DNA of 64,000 bases, taken from positions 54,312,001 through 54,376,000 of the forward strand of contig NC_043006.1 in the NCBI RefSeq assembly GCF_006345805.1. The letters are read 5' to 3'. A model generated the notes under the pieces. The model searched no databases. It had not been told where the DNA came from and saw only the letters and a program-made list of their open reading frames with translations. The translations under genes were made by a program, and so were the position numbers. Of this stretch, positions 38,083 through 51,239 are shown one piece after another. Positions within the stretch are counted from its first letter, which is position 1. Every line of letters begins with the position of its first letter. This DNA comes from Octopus sinensis. Its lineage: Eukaryota.

Positions 38083-39755
38083 TGCAATACAAACATAAAG
38101 GAAGGCTCACATTACCTTGAGCAAATGCCCTATCTATTCTCAAATTGCCCATCTTCAAAATATTGACCAACTTGAGGATATAGCAGGCCATTTACCCAAG
38201 TTGCAGTGTAGTGAGATATGAAATCTGAAATCCTGTGGTTGTGAAGTGGTCTTAACTATACAGCCATAACTTAACCTTTGGTTCTTTGACATCATATATA
38301 TGGTTAAACCTCTTTGACATGATATATATATATGGTTTAAATCTGTTGATAAGTTATAATTATTCTCTTCCAACGTTTTGTGGATTGCGCTTTTTATTTT
38401 TGGTTCTCTTATCAGTTGTGGTTTACCAGCTCAACCTTCATGAATTGTGCTTTTATCATTTTTGCTGTCATTGTTGTTGTTTAGGGGTTCAACTTTAATC
38501 ACCACTCCCTTTACTAACCCCTTTTTGCCAAAGAAACAGTTTTCAGTTCATACCATTGTAACTGACTCTGACTCTACTATAAATGGCCCTACTATAACAG
38601 ACGGACTCTGCTATAACTAACACTTCCACAACCAGTTCTGCTCTGACTCTACTATAACTAATTGTTCTATTACTGACTCTGTTAGCAATTCTGCTATGAC
38701 TCACATGTAAGTTATCCTGTTATAAGTGATTCTACTGTAACCAATTTTAATTTAAACCTCTATATTTTAATCATGTCATTAAAATTTGGCATAAGTAAAG
38801 GCATTTCTTTACAATTTTTTTTAAAGAGCTGATCTCTGAATGCCGAACAATACAACTTCTATATCTGCTTAATTTCAACAAATAACTAAGTCATTGCCAT
38901 GATACCAGCAAGGGAAGCAGTCAGAGTATCAAAACTTCTTTTAAACATGTGTGTGTGTGTGTAAGGATCTGTATATGTACATAGACATCTCAAAAGTAAA
39001 TAGATACCATTGTATTTTTAAAGATTGGTTGCTAGACACAAAATAATCCCATTTCGATGCATTTAAATACTTAATCCAGTAAATATGCCTTGTGCAGTTT
39101 TTAATTATTTAACCCATTTGGGCCTCCTACTAACAAGTGATGTCCATGCAGATAATGAGGTTTTTTTTTTTTACTTTTGAGCTGTCAGTGTAAGCATTGA
39201 CCCAGATAATACCTTATGGGTGTTTTGTGTGTGTGTGTGTGTGTGTGTACACTTATGGTACTTTTTCTATGTGCATGTACACAGTCCACTCAAATGTCTT
39301 GTGTGTCCCCTTCAGATAGTGTCTGTGTTTGTGTGTGTTTGTGAAGATTTGTGGTTCTTCAGAGAAGGAAAGTGTCTAAGACAAAAAGATGGAGACTTAT
39401 GTATTATTCTGCTATGTGGCAATTGGAGCGAAAGAGTTAATGAACAAGGGAGAATTTGTGTCTGTGTGAGAGAGAGAGAGAAAGAGAGAATGATAGAAAG
39501 AGATACATTATGTGAGTGCAAAGAGAGTGAAGGAAAGTGTTGGCTATGTCTGTGAACCTATTTGGACAGGCAGTCAGTAATCATACTGTCAAACTCATCT
39601 ATTCATTCATTCATTTATTTTTATGATCTTCCTTTTTCATAACATTTCTTCAACTGTAATTCCTGTAACTAAACATATACAGAAAAATAAAACATTGCAA
39701 TTAACAACAACAGCACTGTTTACCACAAAGATGTTATCACTGTTTTATTATTATT

Positions 39756-40440
39756 AGTATTATTGAGTGAGAGAGCAGTGCATGCCATCAAAGTGACACT
39801 GGGGTAAATATATATGAAACCCAGTATACCCATCATGACTACCCATCTGATAAGGGTACACCAGGCATATTGCATCACAACTAAATATGTGCGTAGTATT
39901 ATTGAGTGAGAGAGCAGTGCATGCCATCAAAGTGACACTGGGGTAAAATATATGAAACCCAGTATACCCATCATGACTACCCATCTGATAAGGGTACACC
40001 AGGCATATGCATCACAACTATATGTGTGCGACATGGTGATCTCATATCAAGATAAACAGCGCGTGACCTTGCAGGTGGGGCACCAGTTAGGATTTTCTTC
40101 GGCTCAAAAGGTCCCTGAATAAGGATTGTTTAAGGATGTTGAATGAAACACCCATGTTTCCAAAGGTGATTTATTCAAACCTCCAAGAATTCCTTTCAAC
40201 AACGGCTATGATACTCCCCCACTACTTCTGCTTGTGATCAGAGATGCACATATCGTCAGCCACTAAGGGACATGGTCAACTGGTTACGGTCAAATAACTG
40301 ACAAGCAAATCTGTGGTATTGAGCAGAATATTTGCTGTAGCCCATCTTTTATACCAAGACAAAACAATGTACATGACAACACTTCCAATCAGTTAAGTTC
40401 AGCAGTCATGAGAGCCACTGCCTGGTACTGCATCAGTACC
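39756..40440. mobile_element. Unclassified repeat-like element with a ~140-bp terminal tandem duplication
   Basis: 39756-39882 repeated at 39896-40020; flanked by (TTA)n. Confidence 0.55.
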
Positions 40441-40502
<62 letters not shown>

Positions 40503-40516
40503 TATTATTATTATTA

Positions 40517-40556
<40 letters not shown>

Positions 40557-40557
40557 T
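40441..40557. repeat. (TTA)n microsatellite
   Basis: Seen directly. Confidence 0.95.
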
Positions 40558-40594
40558 TAATAAAACAAAGAAAACATCTCATTTTCTTGAACAG

Positions 40595-40737
40595 GGCCTT
40601 GGAAATCTATGATAAACATGGAATTCCCAAGAGTGAAATCCTGAAAGAACAACACAAGTCAGTTGGCTTAGATGCAATCAGTGGACCACTTCGTTATCCG
40701 AAGAGCTGCATATTTTGGATCCAGTGTGATCAAGAAG
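40595..40737 (+). CDS. TRIT1: tRNA dimethylallyltransferase exon, 143 nt (R-ALEIYDKHGIPKSEILKEQHKSVGLDAISGPLRYPKSCIFWIQCDQE)
   Basis: TTTTCTTGAACAG acceptor and AG|GTATT donor; the first G completes AG-G (Arg) from the previous exon, giving the conserved RALEI...GPLRY....FW segment. Confidence 0.93.
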
Positions 40738-40982
40738 GTATTATATTTTATTACAGAGCAAATAGCCATGCTTCCATGCAGTTGTTATAGTTGATTTACC
40801 ACCGAAACAAGTATCCATTTTCACATGCTCCTTCTTCTTTTACTTATTTATCTCTTTTTTTCTCTGGTTTTGGTTTACTTAAGCTGATATTTGTTAACCT
40901 ATTATGCAACGAGGCATGACAAAAGGGGCTGTCATTTAACAAAGATGATTTACATTTGGAGTAAGGCTATAAACTTTGCTAT

Positions 40983-41102
40983 AAACTGTGTGGTTAAGAA
41001 GTTTACTTTGCAAACATGTAGTTTCAAGTTCAGTCCCATTACATAGCAAGCTGTGAATAGCCAACCAATGCCTTTTTTTTGTGTGAATTCTCCCTATATA
41101 TA

Positions 41103-41152
<50 letters not shown>

Positions 41153-41159
41153 GTATGTG

Positions 41160-41194
<35 letters not shown>

Positions 41195-41377
41195 GTTTGT
41201 CCCCCACTACTGCTTGACAACTGGTGATGGTGTGTTTACATCTCCGTAACTTAGCAGTTCGGCAAAAGAGACCAGTAGAATAAATACTAGGCTTCAAAAA
41301 GTAAGATTTGTTTGACTAAAACCTTTCAAGGCTGTGCCCCAGCATGACCGCAGCCAAATGACTGAAACAAGTAAAAA
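40983..41377 (+). mobile_element. SINE family A, sense orientation
   Basis: Head CTGTGTGGTTAAGAAG; tail CAGCATGACCGCAGCCAAATGACTGAAACAAG. Confidence 0.75.
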
Positions 41378-43663
41378 GTTAAAACAAAAAGGTAGTCCCT
41401 TAAATTTTGAGAGGAGCAAACCACCCATGAGATGGGGATGGTGTGCAAAAGTCGTTATATTCCTCCTAAACAAAATTTCTCTTGGAGGTCCTACTTTTGA
41501 AAGAACAGTAATACTTGCAGTCATAGAACAAGTGGGTTTAATACGTTAATGGATTGTAAACTGACCAGTAAGTTGCTCTCTAATTGCTCAAATTACAGCA
41601 ACAAACCAACTTCACTGTTCTCAGCTTGCACCAAAATAACAGTTTAAACAAAAGCTATGACTAGCATTAATCGAAATATTAAAGGTAATGGACAAGTTGC
41701 AGTATCAATAAAGTCAGCAGTTTGTGACAGGTGATAGTTTAGAAGCTAGGGCCCACAGCTGCTGAGAATAAACCTGTTGGAAAAAAGCTTCTGTCTCACT
41801 GTTAATTTCATGTGACAGTGGTAGCTTTCTGTGATTCTGATCCTTCTGTTTCTCTAATAGTTACCTGTTTCTCTCAATAAGTCATTATGCACTTCACCTC
41901 ACACTTCCAGTACCCTATACTTTCCCTCTTAACTCATCGCTCCATTCTTATTCTCTTTGCAAGTTACTTTGTCTCATTTAATCTGTCAGTGTGACCCCAC
42001 TTTCTCCCATTTTTATTTCTCAACCTTTGCATTAAGCTTTGCCTTGGCTTTGTAGCCCATATCCTCAGCTCTCCATTTTTATTCTTATTCTAACTAAAAA
42101 AAGAAACTTATAATTTCAAATCATTCTTTTCTTGTTGATTCACAAGACAGAATTTTCCTTAAAACCTTTGCTGGTTCTTGTCACTCACATAATGCTACAA
42201 AATGGTTCATACCAAACAGTAAAACATAAATTAAATTGTTTCACATCACCCCAGCACAATGAATACTTTTGGTGAAAAGCATTTATATCACCACAACTCA
42301 TTTTCTGCTTTTATAAATTTGAGGACATATTTATCCACTATAAGCTTATAGTATGTTTGAAGAATTACAGAATTAATTCAATCCCCACTCCATTCTACTC
42401 CAGTTCTTGAGTGATTCAATAAAAATTCTCTGGAAAAAGACAATTGCAGAAACCACAAGGTTATAAATAGGGTGAGTTTGGATAAGGATGGTTTCAACTC
42501 TCTGCTCTTGTAGTTTGTTGAGCACTGAGCAAGTTAAGGATTATCTGAATAGCTCATGAAAACAATTTAAATCTTGCATTATGTGTTGAGATCAACATAA
42601 GAGCTGAGGAAGAGACTTCAATAGAAAAATAAATGTAAATGTATAGTGTTCATCAAGGTTCCTTTCTAGTTATAATACTTGATGAATTCAGAACTGGATA
42701 TTCTAGGGAACAATTTTCTGTTGATTATCTGGTCATCATATAAGAATAGCTAAAGATCAACATAGTTCATACTGAAATAGTTATTAGTAACAGAGAGTGA
42801 GTGCTTGCAGAAAACTTGTCTGCATGGTTCAGCAACATCTATTTTAGAAAATTTCTCAATTCAAAGTAAAGGACAGACATAAACAGCATAAAAGGACTTT
42901 TATAAGAGAAGGGGCAAAAATAGGCTTCTCGTCCTAAACCACACTCACATCATCAATACTGCGTAACAAAAATAGTTTTCTTGCAGAGGCACAAGACCAA
43001 AAATTTTGAGGAAAGAGAACAATTATAGCATTGCTGTGTAGTTGAGATGTTTATTTTCAAATCACATGGCTTCAGGCTCAGTGCTATCTTGTGGCACCTT
43101 GAGCAAGTGTTTTCTACAATAGCCCCAGACCAACCAAAGTCTTGTGAGTGGATTTGGTAGATGAGCTTTGAAAGAAACCTGTCATATATTCTTATATACT
43201 ACTGTTAAGCAGTATATTGCTGGTTATGACATATAACTGGTGAGAATGTTACTGTCAATTTTGTGCCAACTATTGTACTTGGCAAGATTATATCTATATG
43301 TAATCAACTTGTTCCCCTTCCCCAAAATTGCAGGCTCTGTACCAAAATTTGAAACCAATGTTGTGTGTGTGTGTTGGTGCTGCTTTGTCTTGCCATTGCA
43401 TGTTTGTTGTAAACGAGTGTCACTGTCATACAAGCAGTGTCATTCATTTCCAAACTTCTGCAAGAACATATCTGGCCATGGAGAAATATTACCTTGCTTG
43501 GAAACAAGTGAGGTTTGGTGACAGGAAGATCATCCAGCTGTAGAAAGTTTGCCTCAGTAAGTTCTGTCCAACTTGTGCAAGTATGGAAAAATAGATGATA
43601 AAACAATGATGATATACTTTTGTCTTTTCTATTAAAATATGATGTACTTTATTTTATTGACCA

Positions 43664-44104
43664 CTAGCAGTATAGCCTGGCGTTGCTCGGGTTTGTTTTT
43701 TAGTTGCACTTAAAACAGCAGACTTTGATGTCGCGTTAACAAAGTTTTGACATAGTTTCAATCTTTTTTGAAAAGTAAAAAATTTGCATTATGTAACTTG
43801 TTATTCTCTTTAAGTGAACATTTTTCTGGTTGAAATACACCAAAAAATGGTGACACAGCAGTTGAAAAATCATAAAAAATAGGGATTTTCATAGAAAAAA
43901 AGCACCTTTTTGATGTAAATAATTTTTGGTTTTAACATGGTCCGATTTGAATTTTTTCTTCTATGGAATGAAGAGCAAGCCTTCTTCTATCGTGCTCTCA
44001 ATTTTAGTCAACTTGCGCAGCAGGGTCTCGGAGGAGATAGTGTTAGTTGAAGGCTACCAAACCTGCCACACACATACAGACATCATCAACTTTATATATA
44101 TAGA
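43664..44104 (-). mobile_element. Non-autonomous Helitron-like element
   Basis: Minus strand A|TCTATATATATAAAG...hairpin (CCCGAGCAACGCCAGG)...CTAG|T: canonical termini in an AT target. Confidence 0.75.
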
Positions 44105-44799
44105 TGGAGTGGTGAAATGCAAATTTGAGCATGCAGGATTTGAACTTAACACATATAATTATATGCTGCAATACATTTTTTTTGTCATTCTACCAATTCT
44201 GGCTGTACAATGTCTTTGAGACAGCAGGTATTATTAACATGTTTGTATGGAAAATAGTAAATCATAGTTCATAAATAGGTGTTATATTGAACATCTAAAC
44301 ATTTAAACGTTATTGCAACATTGAAATTTTAAACTGCAATAACTGTAACATTGAATGACATATCCATATATGATTGTTTATTCAGTAATGGAAACGACTG
44401 TTACATATATGTGTGTGTGTGTGTGTGTTGTTACATTTTAGGTCAAGTTTTAGATGAAAACAATTTAACATTAAAATGAAGAATTACTCCATATATTGCA
44501 TGTCAGTTCTAAGATGTAGTTCAAAGGAGTGGCAGAGATAACTGAAAGTATAGAAGAGGGTGATCTATGATATTGAAAATGTAAGATAGATTTTAAAAGG
44601 AAGCAGTTTCAATAGGAGGAAGAGGAGGTGTCTGGTTGCATAAAGGCAGGATGAAATATGTGCAGATTCAAATATTATATGATTACAGCAGTAGAACAGT
44701 GCTAGTGTTAGTAGAGTGATAGGGGGATGAGTGTTAGAAAGATGAGATGCAGGGAATGCTTGACAGGGACAGATTGGGTGCAAGGGCAGGGTTTGATGA

Positions 44800-45600
44800 G
44801 TATTTATAAATAATCATGTTTTTAGGGCCTCACTTTCAAAAAAACAAAAATGGATGGGTCTTCTTGAGCATAGTGAATAGCCAATCATCTCAGCCTTTTG
44901 TCATCTCCTCCATCAGGCTCAACCGCTTGAGATCATCATTCATAACTTCATCCCATATCTTCCCTGGATTTTCAAAATCCAAAATTAGTCCTCAGCACTT
45001 CTTTATACAGTTGTTCTCATCCATATGCATCACATGACCATAACAGTGCAGTCTTCTTTCTTATACACTGCATCTGATTTTTTTTATGTCCAAGTTTTCT
45101 TGAAATACATTTGCACTTTGTCAAACATGCACATTGACGTTCCACATTCAATGGAGAATACTAGATTCATTATTTTTAGACTTTGCATATCCTCAGCATT
45201 CAGGTTCCACATTACCATGTTGCATTGCTGTTTGTACACAAACATCATACAATCTGCCTTCCACTTTGAGAAAGAGAGAGAGAGACCTTTTGTTATTAAC
45301 AGAGGTAATAGTTCCCTAAACTTTCTTCATCCTGTTCTTATTCTCGCAAATATATTTTCAGAACATCCTCTTCTAATACTAATTAGGTCACCTAGGTAAC
45401 AAAATCTATCTTCTACCTCTTGGGAACCTCCTGTTTCCTATATGTTCTAAGTATTTATTGCTCTTGTGCATCTGCCATATTCAAAATCTACTTTCTCTGT
45501 TAACCTTCCTCTGGTTCTAATGCACTTCTTGTGTGTCCCTGGCTTACATTGAATACACCATATGGAATCTCTATCTACTCTTTTACTGAAGGGCCTTTTT
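44800..45600 (-). mobile_element. Decayed RTE LINE 3' part
   Basis: Reverse complement gives YLGDLIS..GCSENIFARIRTG*RKFRELLPLLITKG. Confidence 0.75.
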
Positions 45601-45715
45601 CCTGAAGGAAGTAGAATCCTGTGTGTGTGTGTGTGTGTGTGTAGTCATCCATGTTTATATGGATTAATATATATATATATATATATTTACATACGAATGT
45701 AAATATGTTTATATA

Positions 45716-45763
<48 letters not shown>

Positions 45764-46559
45764 ATGTGTGTATGTATATGTGTGTATGCATGTGTATGTA
45801 TGTATGTGTATGTATGTATATATATATGCGTGTATGTGTGTATATACATATATATATGTGTGTACATACATATTACAATGCGTATTAATGTGTAGGTGTA
45901 TAGTATTTGTATGTTTACATACATACACATATACCTATCATGTTACCTGCCTTGGTAAGCAACCATTTTTATGTAACACAGAAGTGATAAATTTCTCCAA
46001 ATGTCTCACATAATTATTCATGTCTTTGTTTAAAAATTTTTCTCAATAAAATATGATTTTAACAGGAAGAGGAAAGGGAGTAAGCAATGGAACCTCATGT
46101 CTTATATTATGTTGTGGTTAATAGTAACAGCTGTATGTTATGTCTTTCTTACATTACAATGTTTGAAGCATGTTAAACAATAGCCCTCTGGTTTGGAGAA
46201 AGGAAAAAATATTATTATGAATATTTGGTCTCTTAGAATCTTTTGTCTGTAGATTAGTGATGTTGGTGCTGAGTTGAACAACTTTGTGTTTGGGAGCCAA
46301 CCAAGGAAACCTCTAAGCAGCCACTCTGTATACTAGAAATAGTAGCTGAATAATTCTCACACTCTGCTGTTTTACAACAAGGAAGGATGGATGGCATTAG
46401 ATCATTTAATTCTAGATGTCTCTGAAAGGATGTGATGGCCATGGTTTGAATGTTTTTGAATGTAATACATCAGCTTGATCAGAGTTGACCTGGGACTAAA
46501 GAAAATCTTTAGATTTGTTGGTTGTCTGTCTATCCATCATTCTTGCTTTTGATATCACT

Positions 46560-48960
46560 CCAACAGGCTTCGAAGAAGAGGTGATACTTGAATAGTAGCC
46601 TCATTTGACAATTGGTCTGAAAGAGAGGCTCCAGTTGACCACAGTGAAAGTAGCAGTAGGTGTTTGTCTACTTACTCTTGAAAGTTTATATTCCTTTAAC
46701 TGAGGTGGTCCCAATTATAACTTCCAGAAGTTTATACCATATGCTAGCAGCTGAGTGCAGAAAAACTCCTATCCAAGATATGAAGTTTGGCATTGGGTAT
46801 TGTGAGTGTATATGTCTGTGCCAGCATGAAAGTAGTAGTCCTTGTACAACATTGTATGTCATACTACAGTGGTAGCATGCTCTGACTATTGATGGGTTAT
46901 AGCAATCTCTTGTGATGTAGGCTCATGGGAAGTTCTTAGGCAGCTTCTCTACTATTTACTGTAGAGATCTTGATAGCTTTCATTCAGATACTATCCAATT
47001 GTCTGAGTATGCAATGCTGTCTCAGATAAACAGATGTAGTTCACAATGCATTGATTTTACACTTTATCGATAGCTGCCTCCTTGTGTAGATATGATGGAG
47101 ACAGGAGTTAAATGCTTCCCACCACTTGACTTCTGTTGTATTTAGAATCTCAAAATGTTTTTCTTAGAGAGAGTTTACTCTGATGCATTCCTTTTCCTTG
47201 GTAATAAATTTGATGGCACAAATGTCACCTTCCAGTCATCTTGGTTAGTTAGTTCAGGGAGTAGCAGCCTTACTCATTGTGTGTCTGAATTCAGTTACTT
47301 ACAGTTGACAGCACCCAGTAGTCCTTAACAGATTGAGGTTCTGACATCATGAGCTCTACAGACTACTGCACAGTGAAAGCAAAATGATGCTACACTAGTA
47401 TATACTATTTTACACCAGAATCCTTGCTTTCTTTTTATCTGTTGTTGTGGTTACTTACATGCTAAGCAGTAGCTTTTGATGAACATTATAGAAGTTATTT
47501 GCTCAGACTTTCATTCTTACAATGTCTCTATGTTAGCTCACTTCAATAAGACCACTTTCTGTTGCTGATCTTATTGATGCAAAGCATTGGTTCATTGGCT
47601 TAAAGGTACAGATCATGTTCACAGGTTTTGCCAAGACTATTCATGAAAATAGAACAGAAGTAGTTCGAGTGTAGAATGTTCTTGAGCTGATGTTCTTGGT
47701 TGTTTTGTTTTTTTTCTGGTTTGGTTTGTGACCAAGTTCTTTGCTGGCTTTCTGAGATCTATAGGGCTGATGTCAGTAACATTCCTGTTGAACACTTACC
47801 AAGTTGATGGCTACAGGGAAAATATATGCAAGGATTCATTTTCAGAGGACCAATGTTCTGCAGAGGTAGGCTTAACTGTAATCTCACAGGAAGCTACTGA
47901 TCCAAGAGGTGAGTCACAGTTGGAACCACTCATAGATGGGTAGTTTTAATATGAAATTCAGGTGCCAAACATTATTCAAAGCATGGATGGCTCTGAAGGC
48001 AACAACATTGCTTTCCCAAAATTTCTAAGTCAAGAACTCATTAGTATGAAATAAGAGAGTAGGTTGACATTGCACTGGTTTTGTGAGAGTCATACTGGTG
48101 GTCATTAAAGAGAATGAGAGATTAAAAATGAAAGTGAAAGTTGTTAATTGTTGTCTCTGTCACCTTTGTTGGGATATTTAAAGTGAGTTGACTGAGTTAG
48201 AGGAGTTATTCTTCTAGAAAAAGAACACACCATACTATATTTTCATAAATCAGTGTATATCCTTGTGGAGAGATTGAAGTTTGGTAAGAATAAGGATTAG
48301 CTCTGGAACATATTGTTTGAGGTTAATAGAATAAATATTGTCAAGTTTAGTGGCTTTGTTGGTTTGAAAGAAACAACGGTATTTGCACACTTGGCTTATA
48401 TATATGTGCAGTGGAAGGATTTGTGTTGGGGAGTAATAGGTTGTGTAGTTTGTGTTAGAAGAGGTTGGAATAGAGTCAACAGATGTTAAAGAAGATGGGG
48501 AAAGAATTGTCGTCTGAATTTAGTTTTTAACATCAAGGAAAATTTAGAGGGCGTTGGTGTGTCATATGGTTGTAATAACTGTAAATGCTTGCAACTGTGT
48601 TCTCTCTGTCATGAGTATTTGGCTTGGACACCAGTTCAAAAACTTACAACAGAATGAACACATCTGAAGGTAACTATGGACCTGGTGGTGTTGTTATACT
48701 GAACTGAAAATTGTGTATCCCTTTCAATTTCATCTTGGTACAAAGATTATTGTGCCAAGGTCTATCAAATGCTCCTTTGATACTCAAGCCACATATACTC
48801 CTTGACATATGTGCAGGATATTGTTGTTTGTCTGAAAAAGGATAGGGAGAAGTTGTATGGTGTCATGATTTTGATAGAAACCAAATGACTATTTGACATG
48901 AGTTGTTTCTGCAGCAGATAACTTTTCAATTGTTTACGAAGCAACAATGGTACTATTATT
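46560..48960 (-). mobile_element. Old, fragmented CR1/L2-group LINE remnants
   Basis: Minus-strand remnants of the C-terminus (LDRSFS...W.KL...FKSK..KHL) and an RT start (QL.SYL....L). Confidence 0.4.
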
Positions 48961-49999
48961 TCACTGGCAAAATTGAATAATAATACAAACAGTCCAGTTG
49001 ATATTTTAACTGATCAGTGCTTGATTGATCATCTTTAATATATCACAGAAATAAGGCAGCAAGCTGGCAGAATTGTTAGCATGCTGGGTAAAATGCTTAC
49101 TGGCATTTTGTCTGTCTTTACATTTTGAGTTCAAATTCCACTGAGGTTGACTTTGCCTTTCATCCAAATAAGTACCAGTTGAGCAGTAAGGTCGATGTAA
49201 TTGACTTATCCCCTCCCACCTCCAAAGTTGCTAGCCTTGTGCCAAAATTGGAAACCAATATATCGTAGAGATAGTTTTTCCTTAGTTGTGATTTATTCCC
49301 CAAATAAAGCACAACTAAAAAACATGCAACATGGGAGTTGGATAGTCCCTTACAGTATTCTTCCAGGACTTTGGTTGCAGTTTGATAAGGATATGACTTG
49401 TGGGTTTGGTTTCAATTTTTCTGTTATTTACATATTATCTTTATTGCTTGATATGAAGTTCATACACTGTAATATTGTATCAAAAGATAATCTATTGTCA
49501 TCACCATTGAGTTGACAGAAAAACAGAAGATATTGGTTTACACCTACTGTTATTTGAATCTATTGCCATTATGTTTGTTGATGTGGATATTTCAAGCTAT
49601 GATGCTTTCAGTTTTCCCAACTCAAGTTTTTGCTGGCTCATATATTTTCCACTTTTCCACTTCTGACATTGTTTACTTTTACCTGGTTGTGGGTCTGGTT
49701 GTGGGTCTGGTTGTAGTTCATTCGGCACTTGTGTCATAAATCATGAATTATTTTTTTCCCAACTTGTCTGTTTCTGTTTAAAACATAACCCATCAGGTTT
49801 TATGCTTTTTATTCTATTTTCTATTTTATTTTATTTATTTATTGCTACCAGCACTGTATACACACAATTGGTTGAAAAACATGAGGATAGAGTAGAAATT
49901 GTGTGTGTGTGTGTGTTTGAATGGATGTATTTGCAAATTGAACAGACCCAAGATTCTGTGCAAGGCAATGACATGAATCTGAAAGCAATTTATGTCAAC

Positions 50000-50665
50000 A
50001 ATGCAAATAATATGCATTGAACATGTCCCTGAGATGAAGGTTAATGTTCAAGAGAGTATCATTCCCAGTGACAGAAAAATTCTCATGTGACAAAGAACAC
50101 AGGACTTATATTATTTAAATGGATAAACCATTAACATGGGAAAAAATATTCATTTCAGAATGTCACTCAGAAATTGAGAGCAAAATTCTCCACAAAAATG
50201 AGAGATCTGTTCAGAAAACTTAGACTGTAGAAAATAGGAAAACACACCTTAAAATGTTTTCTATAGATTTGCAAAAATGCTTCATTACAAACTAGGTCCA
50301 TTATTTGAAAGAAGTACTAATAACCAACTAAGCTAAAAACAAGGCTAGTGCAAGCAATCATTCAGCCAATAGGCATTTGTGGTTGTGAAGCATGTACTCT
50401 AAGCAGATTAAGTGAACATATTGTATTTGAAATGTGGGTGTATAGGAGAATGCTCTGTGTCTCTTACTAAGATCATTGGACAAATGAATGGGTGTTACAA
50501 CAAGTAGGTGAAAGATGACAACTCCTGAACATTGTGGAAAAAAACTAAAGCTCATCTATTATGGCCATATTCAAAGTAGCAAAGGTCAAGAAAACATTAT
50601 CATGGAAAGAAGAGTAGAGGGAAATATCTCTAGCTGGTTGGACAAGAATGGCAAGGCAGCTGGAG
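50000..50665 (+). mobile_element. Decayed RTE (BovB-like) ORF end, a different family from 31973
   Basis: KTRLVQAII.PI...CEA, FEMWVYRRML, TNEWVL, KLIYYGHI, IMERRVEG. Confidence 0.7.
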
Positions 50666-50674
50666 AACTTGTGC

Positions 50675-50893
50675 TTAACACTTTCGTTACTGTATTTATT
50701 TTGAGATGCTCTGTGTTTCTTTCAATTACTTTAAATATAATAGAGAATTTCGTAAAATAACTTAGTTATCATTCAGCTAGTGTTAGGAGCACAAATTGTG
50801 ACTAAGGTTTGGTGGAAGATTTTAATTCAGAACTTATGAAAATAAGTCATTTGTACTCAGAGCCAGAGCTGGTTTCAGCCGGGTTGGTAATGA
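50675..50893. mobile_element. TTAA-flanked MITE-like element
   Basis: TTAACACTTTCGTTAC terminus; reverse complement of 54097-54303. Confidence 0.7.
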
Positions 50894-51239
50894 GTGTCAT
50901 CAATCAGCTGCAAACATATGATACATGACTTGTGGCCATTAAAAGACAAAGGAAATACTGGAGGAAGAATTCAACAATGTTTTCACAAGCTTTCTGATGC
51001 ACTTGCAAGTTATAGAACCAGATAAAATCTTCAATGTTTCCATTTTGTATTATAAAAATGTAACCATTCATCATATAAAAATTTATATTAAAATTTACTA
51101 TGGATACAACGAATTAGTCCTAATTACTTCTCTACAATTATGCAAAACCATCCCAAAATATTCTTAATTTCCTATATATTTTATAAAAAAAGTATAAAGA
51201 CCATAATATATTTTTAACCACAATAAATGAATTCAAGCA

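Noticed and set aside
41600-42420. Possible decayed piggyBac transposase on the minus strand
   Set aside because: Only vague motif echoes; cannot be supported by eye
44441-44480. Next TRIT1 exon candidate (VLDE...)
   Set aside because: Stop after 10 codons; lacks the RL..RV..M motif
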